Positions 60,219-64,000 of a DNA stretch of 64,000 bases are shown here, piece after piece. The DNA lies in assembly GCA_963796285.1 (NCBI GenBank), contig CAWCKW010000012.1, forward strand, positions 1,920,001-1,984,000. Reading direction: 5' to 3'. Both the position numbers and the translations under genes were made by a program. Under the pieces are notes generated by a model. That model was not told the DNA's origin, searched no databases, and was given only the letters and a program-made list of their open reading frames with translations. Origin of the DNA: Nitrospirota bacterium. GTDB taxonomy: Bacteria > Nitrospirota > UBA9217. Position 1 is the stretch's first letter. Each line of letters begins with the position of its first letter.

Positions 60219-62915
60219 TCACTTCGACATTTCCCGAAGGGTGTCTTCCAGTTCCTTCAGGTACTTCCCGTACCCGGTCCAGTCCTCTTTCCGGAGCGCC
60301 TCCCGCGCCTTGCGCAGCTGTTCCAGTGCCCGGGAACCCAGCTCCCTGGGTTGCCGTATGACCGCGGCTGGACCTTTCTCGGCCATACGCATGCTCGGCA
60401 GCGTGCCGGAGAACAGGCGCTGGATCGCAGCCTCGAGCGTTTCTTCCATCACCACATCGTTACCATAGGCAACGATGACCCTGCGGAGTTCCGGCAGGCC
60501 CCCTTTGTCCGTGGCGACCAGGTAGAGCGGCTGGACATAGATAAGCGAGTCCTCGATCGGGATGATCAGGAGGCTCCCGCGGATCACGTCGGAGCCGTGC
60601 TGGCCCCAGAGCGTGAGCTGCTGCGAGATATACGCGTCCTGGTCGATGCGGGCGTCGATCTGGCGCGGCCCGAAGACCAGACGGTCGCGGGGGAAGGTAT
60701 AGACAATGACCTTGCCGTAGTTCTCGCCATCGCACCGTGCCGCCATCCAAGCCGCCAGGTTGTCACGTTTCGAAGGTGTGAAGGGCAGCAAAAGGATGAA
60801 CTCTTCCGCAGTGCCCCCCGGGAGCTTCGTGATGAGGTAATAGGGGTCCATGGTCTTCTGGCGGTACGACGGGACCTCCCAGAGGTCCTCCTTGTTATAG
60901 AACACGGCAGGGTCCGTCATGTGGAAGGTCTTGAACATCTGCGCCTGGATCTGGAGCAGCGCCCGGGGATACCGAATGTGCCTCCTGATGTCGTTTGGCA
61001 TTTCGCTTATCGGCCTGAAGAGCGTCGGGAAGATCGCGGCATAGGTCTTTAACAGGATGTCATTCTGGTCCATACTGTAGAACACGACGCTGCCGTCATA
61101 CGCATCAATGACGACCTTGATCGAGTTGCGGATATAGTTGGTCCCTCCGGCAAGGGGTTTCGAATAGGGCAGGTTGCCGGTATGCGTGTAGGCGTCGATG
61201 ATCCACGATAAAGTCCCGTCGTCACCGATGACCATGTACGGGTCAGGATCAAAGGACAGGAACGGTGCGATCTCCTCCACGCGCTTCATGATCATGCGGT
61301 TATACAGGATCCGACTTTCGTTCGTTACATCGCTCGATAGGAAGATATTGAAGTTCCCGAAGTAGGCGGCAAAGAGCAGCCGCGACAGGATTGACGAGAG
61401 TCGGACGCCGCCTCGACCGGTGTAGACGGTATAGACGTTCTCCTTGGTCGTGGGGTAGCTGAACTCCTTTGTCTTCGTGTTCACAATGACGTAGTCGTTC
61501 GGGCTCTCGCCGTAATAGATCTCCGGACGGGTCACGGTGGGACCGGCGCTCGTAACCGGCGGGATGTCCTTGATCGTGAACTCCGGCAGGCCTTCCTTGG
61601 TGATGCCGCTCACGGGCCCCATGGCCAGGCCGAATCCGTGCGTGAAGACGAGCCGCTCGTTGATCCAGGACTTGTTCGGCAGGTCCGCGTAGGACAGCTC
61701 CCGCGGGGACAGCATGACCTGAAGGTACTTGTCGTTCATGGTGTAGCGGTCATTGTCCACATCCTTGAAGTGGTAGTAGGTCCGGATCTGCTGCAGCTGG
61801 CTGTAGGTCTTGAGCAGCGGCTCCTCGTCCCAGAGCCGGATATTCTGGATCGTGGACAGGTTCTTCCGGATATCCGTGAAGGTCAGCTGCTTGTTCGCGG
61901 CAAAGGGCTGGAGTTCCATGTTCTCCAGGCCGTAGCCAAAGCGGGTGAACTTGATATGGTTTGCGATATAGGGCAGTTCGAGCACGCTCTCGTTCGGCGA
62001 GACCTGGAAGCTTTGGACCGTCGAGGGATAGACCTTCAGCCCCAGTATGTACACGCCACCAAGCACGGCAAGCGCGATGATCGGTATCAGGAGAGAGCGA
62101 TTCACGGCAAAGAGGGCAACAATGACCGCCGTAACGCCGGCGAGCACGGCCATGACAGACAGCATTACCAGGCGCACATGCACATCAGTGTACGAAGCGC
62201 CGTACAGCACGCCGTGCTCGGTGGTGAGCAGGCCAAAGCGGTCAAGGGCAAAGCTGACCGCGAGGCTCAGCAGGAACAGCGACACCAGGACCCCCAGGTG
62301 CCGTTTCAGGAAGGGATCCGCGGAAATGAACCGCCCGGGAAACACGATCCCGCCCCGGAGAAGATAGACCGCTGTTGTCAGGACCGCAGTGATCACGAGC
62401 AGGCTGCGCAGCAGGGTGTTCACCGCGTCGAGAACGGGATACTGGAAAAGAAAGAACGAGAGGTCCCTGCCAAAGAGCGGATCTGCAAGGCCCGCAGGCA
62501 CGCTGTTCAGGAACAGGAGCGCCTGCTCCCAGTACTGCATGCCGATCGGGAAGGCGAGCAGGAAGGCAAGGACCGCGACCAGGAGCGAGATGCCGCTCAT
62601 CAGCCGGTTCAGGTCAAGGTGTTGCAATTGCGGCACGCTTTCCCATAACGGGTTGGCCATGCCGAGCGGAAGTTTGCGTTTTCCGGCGATGAGGAGATTG
62701 CTGAAGACCATGAGGAAGGCAGTCAGGCCGAACGCGAGCCCGGTCAGCAACTTTGCCGTGAAGGTCTTCGTGAAGACCGCTTCGTATCCGACCTCCCGGA
62801 AGAACTGCCAGTCCACCATAAAGGAGAAGAACTCCCGCGCACCTGCAAGGAGAATGAACACCGCAACAGCAGCAGCGATGAGCACCCCGTTCTTCGATAC
62901 TTTTTTATTCATCAT
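60219..62915 (-). CDS. UPF0182-family membrane protein
   Basis: DPLFGRDLSFFLF, YGASYTD, NIRLWD, FTHGFG, NYIRNSIK, YVQPLY. Confidence 0.93.
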   Translation of the reverse strand: MMNKKVSKNGVLIAAAVAVFILLAGAREFFSFMVDWQFFREVGYEAVFTKTFTAKLLTGLAFGLTAFLMVFSNLLIAGKRKLPLGMANPLWESVPQLQHLDLNRLMSGISLLVAVLAFLLAFPIGMQYWEQALLFLNSVPAGLADPLFGRDLSFFLFQYPVLDAVNTLLRSLLVITAVLTTAVYLLRGGIVFPGRFISADPFLKRHLGVLVSLFLLSLAVSFALDRFGLLTTEHGVLYGASYTDVHVRLVMLSVMAVLAGVTAVIVALFAVNRSLLIPIIALAVLGGVYILGLKVYPSTVQSFQVSPNESVLELPYIANHIKFTRFGYGLENMELQPFAANKQLTFTDIRKNLSTIQNIRLWDEEPLLKTYSQLQQIRTYYHFKDVDNDRYTMNDKYLQVMLSPRELSYADLPNKSWINERLVFTHGFGLAMGPVSGITKEGLPEFTIKDIPPVTSAGPTVTRPEIYYGESPNDYVIVNTKTKEFSYPTTKENVYTVYTGRGGVRLSSILSRLLFAAYFGNFNIFLSSDVTNESRILYNRMIMKRVEEIAPFLSFDPDPYMVIGDDGTLSWIIDAYTHTGNLPYSKPLAGGTNYIRNSIKVVIDAYDGSVVFYSMDQNDILLKTYAAIFPTLFRPISEMPNDIRRHIRYPRALLQIQAQMFKTFHMTDPAVFYNKEDLWEVPSYRQKTMDPYYLITKLPGGTAEEFILLLPFTPSKRDNLAAWMAARCDGENYGKVIVYTFPRDRLVFGPRQIDARIDQDAYISQQLTLWGQHGSDVIRGSLLIIPIEDSLIYVQPLYLVATDKGGLPELRRVIVAYGNDVVMEETLEAAIQRLFSGTLPSMRMAEKGPAAVIRQPRELGSRALEQLRKAREALRKEDWTGYGKYLKELEDTLREMSK

Positions 62916-63078
62916 GACATCCTTTCGTGGGCCCGTCGGAGTGTCAACGCCCTGTATCGCAGAAGCTGCGGAGGACAAGGATCATGCATTCACGTAAACG
63001 GATACTATGATTTATTTTATTGAAATAAGGTTATGTAATTTTCAGTCTGCGATACCGGCATTTCCGGGTCAGGTTCGA

Positions 63079-63891
63079 CTAGCTATACTCATCGTGTTCC
63101 ACTCCTGCGACACGGTGGACGACCTCCCACGCGGTCTCCTCTATGGATTTATTCGTCGTATCGACGACCTTCCAGTCCCGGTGTTTTTTTACGAGGTCCC
63201 AGACATACTCGACCTCGGCAAAGACCTTTTTGATATCACTGTAACTGGGCTTGAGATTGGAATTTTTTTGACGCACCTTTCTGATCTTCTGGAGGACCTC
63301 GGGATCTATTATGAGGCAAACGATCTTGCGCTGGTCGATCTCAAAGAGCTCTTCAGGCAGGGGGATGCCCGGTACGATGGGGACATTGGCGACCTTGAAG
63401 CCCTCCTGGGCCAGGTAGAAAGAGGTCGGCGTCTTGGAAGTCCGGGATAGACCGACGAGAACGATATCAGATTCCTTCAGGCGTTCAGCGCCCCTGCCGT
63501 CGTCGTGCCCGAGGGTATACTCGATCGCGTCTATCCGCTTGAAATACCGTTCATCGACCTTTCTGAGCAGGGTAGGGGTTTCGAGCGGTTCAAGCCGCAG
63601 ATAGGCGGAGAGATTGTTGATGAGCGGGCCCAAAATGTCGAGCTGGTAAATACTGTGCTTCAGACAGTATCTGCTTGCATAGTCCCTCATCTCTTTCCTG
63701 ACAAAGGTAAAAGCGATGAGTGCCTTGTCCACCCTGGCCTGGTCGAGGATCTTTTTGAGTTTGGCCTTTGAATCGATATCGTGGAAGACCATCATTTTTG
63801 TGTGCGCATGTTCGAACTGCACGATGGCCGCCCTGAGAATATGCAGGCCGCTCTGGCCGGTGGCATCGGAGATAATATAGATCTTCTTCAT
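63079..63891 (-). CDS. Pyruvate phosphate dikinase / PEP synthase regulatory kinase-pyrophosphorylase (DUF299)
   Basis: ISDATG, YFKRIDAIEY, HDDG, GLSRTSKTP, KSIEETA. Confidence 0.92.
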   Translation of the reverse strand: MKKIYIISDATGQSGLHILRAAIVQFEHAHTKMMVFHDIDSKAKLKKILDQARVDKALIAFTFVRKEMRDYASRYCLKHSIYQLDILGPLINNLSAYLRLEPLETPTLLRKVDERYFKRIDAIEYTLGHDDGRGAERLKESDIVLVGLSRTSKTPTSFYLAQEGFKVANVPIVPGIPLPEELFEIDQRKIVCLIIDPEVLQKIRKVRQKNSNLKPSYSDIKKVFAEVEYVWDLVKKHRDWKVVDTTNKSIEETAWEVVHRVAGVEHDEYS

Positions 63892-63914
63892 ACCTTTCAC
63901 CTCACAGCATTGGA

Positions 63915-64000
63915 TCAGCGATCGAGGACCGTTCGTACTTTCACAAGCAGGTCGCGGGGGCGCATGGGTTTTTGGATGAAATCCAGGCCTTGATCGAGGA
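63915..64000 (-). CDS. C-terminal end of a receiver-domain protein (5' part outside the window)
   Basis: ...LDQGLDFIQKPMRPRDLLVKVRTVLDR-stop, typical of hybrid kinase receivers. Confidence 0.65.
   Translation of the reverse strand, partial: LDQGLDFIQKPMRPRDLLVKVRTVLDR

Overview
64 kb of chromosomal DNA from a moderately GC-rich bacterium, probably an anaerobe or microaerophile. The gene set suggests a Nitrospirota- or Desulfobacterota-like organism (inference only). Most genes are on the minus strand. Core blocks are a three-gene split glutamate synthase, tolQRAB without pal, two moeA genes plus trxB, the dnaJ-hspR-clpB heat-shock operon, a UPF0182 protein and a PPDK/PEPS regulatory protein. 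The window is rich in c-di-GMP and two-component genes: two GGDEF, one HD-GYP, two PilZ, several receivers and kinases. The 10.4-18.5 kb region is AT-richer and looks accessory. It holds a VIT1 gene bracketed by two degenerate attC-like sites, a FecR/OmpA/CHASE2-HD-GYP triad, a tRNA 3'-end-like fragment and a REP-like hairpin. Other highlights are a diverged 83-bp duplication at the gltB1/gltB2 overlap that creates a 34-aa bridging ORF, and a Crp/Fnr-type palindrome centred at -41.5 ahead of DUF2249 and a ferredoxin. There are also heptamer-repeat intergenic hairpins, three small genes missed by the ORF track and four frameshifted genes (possibly assembly indels). No rRNA, intact tRNA, CRISPR array, integrase or transposase was seen. 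All family calls come from motif recognition by eye, not from database searches.
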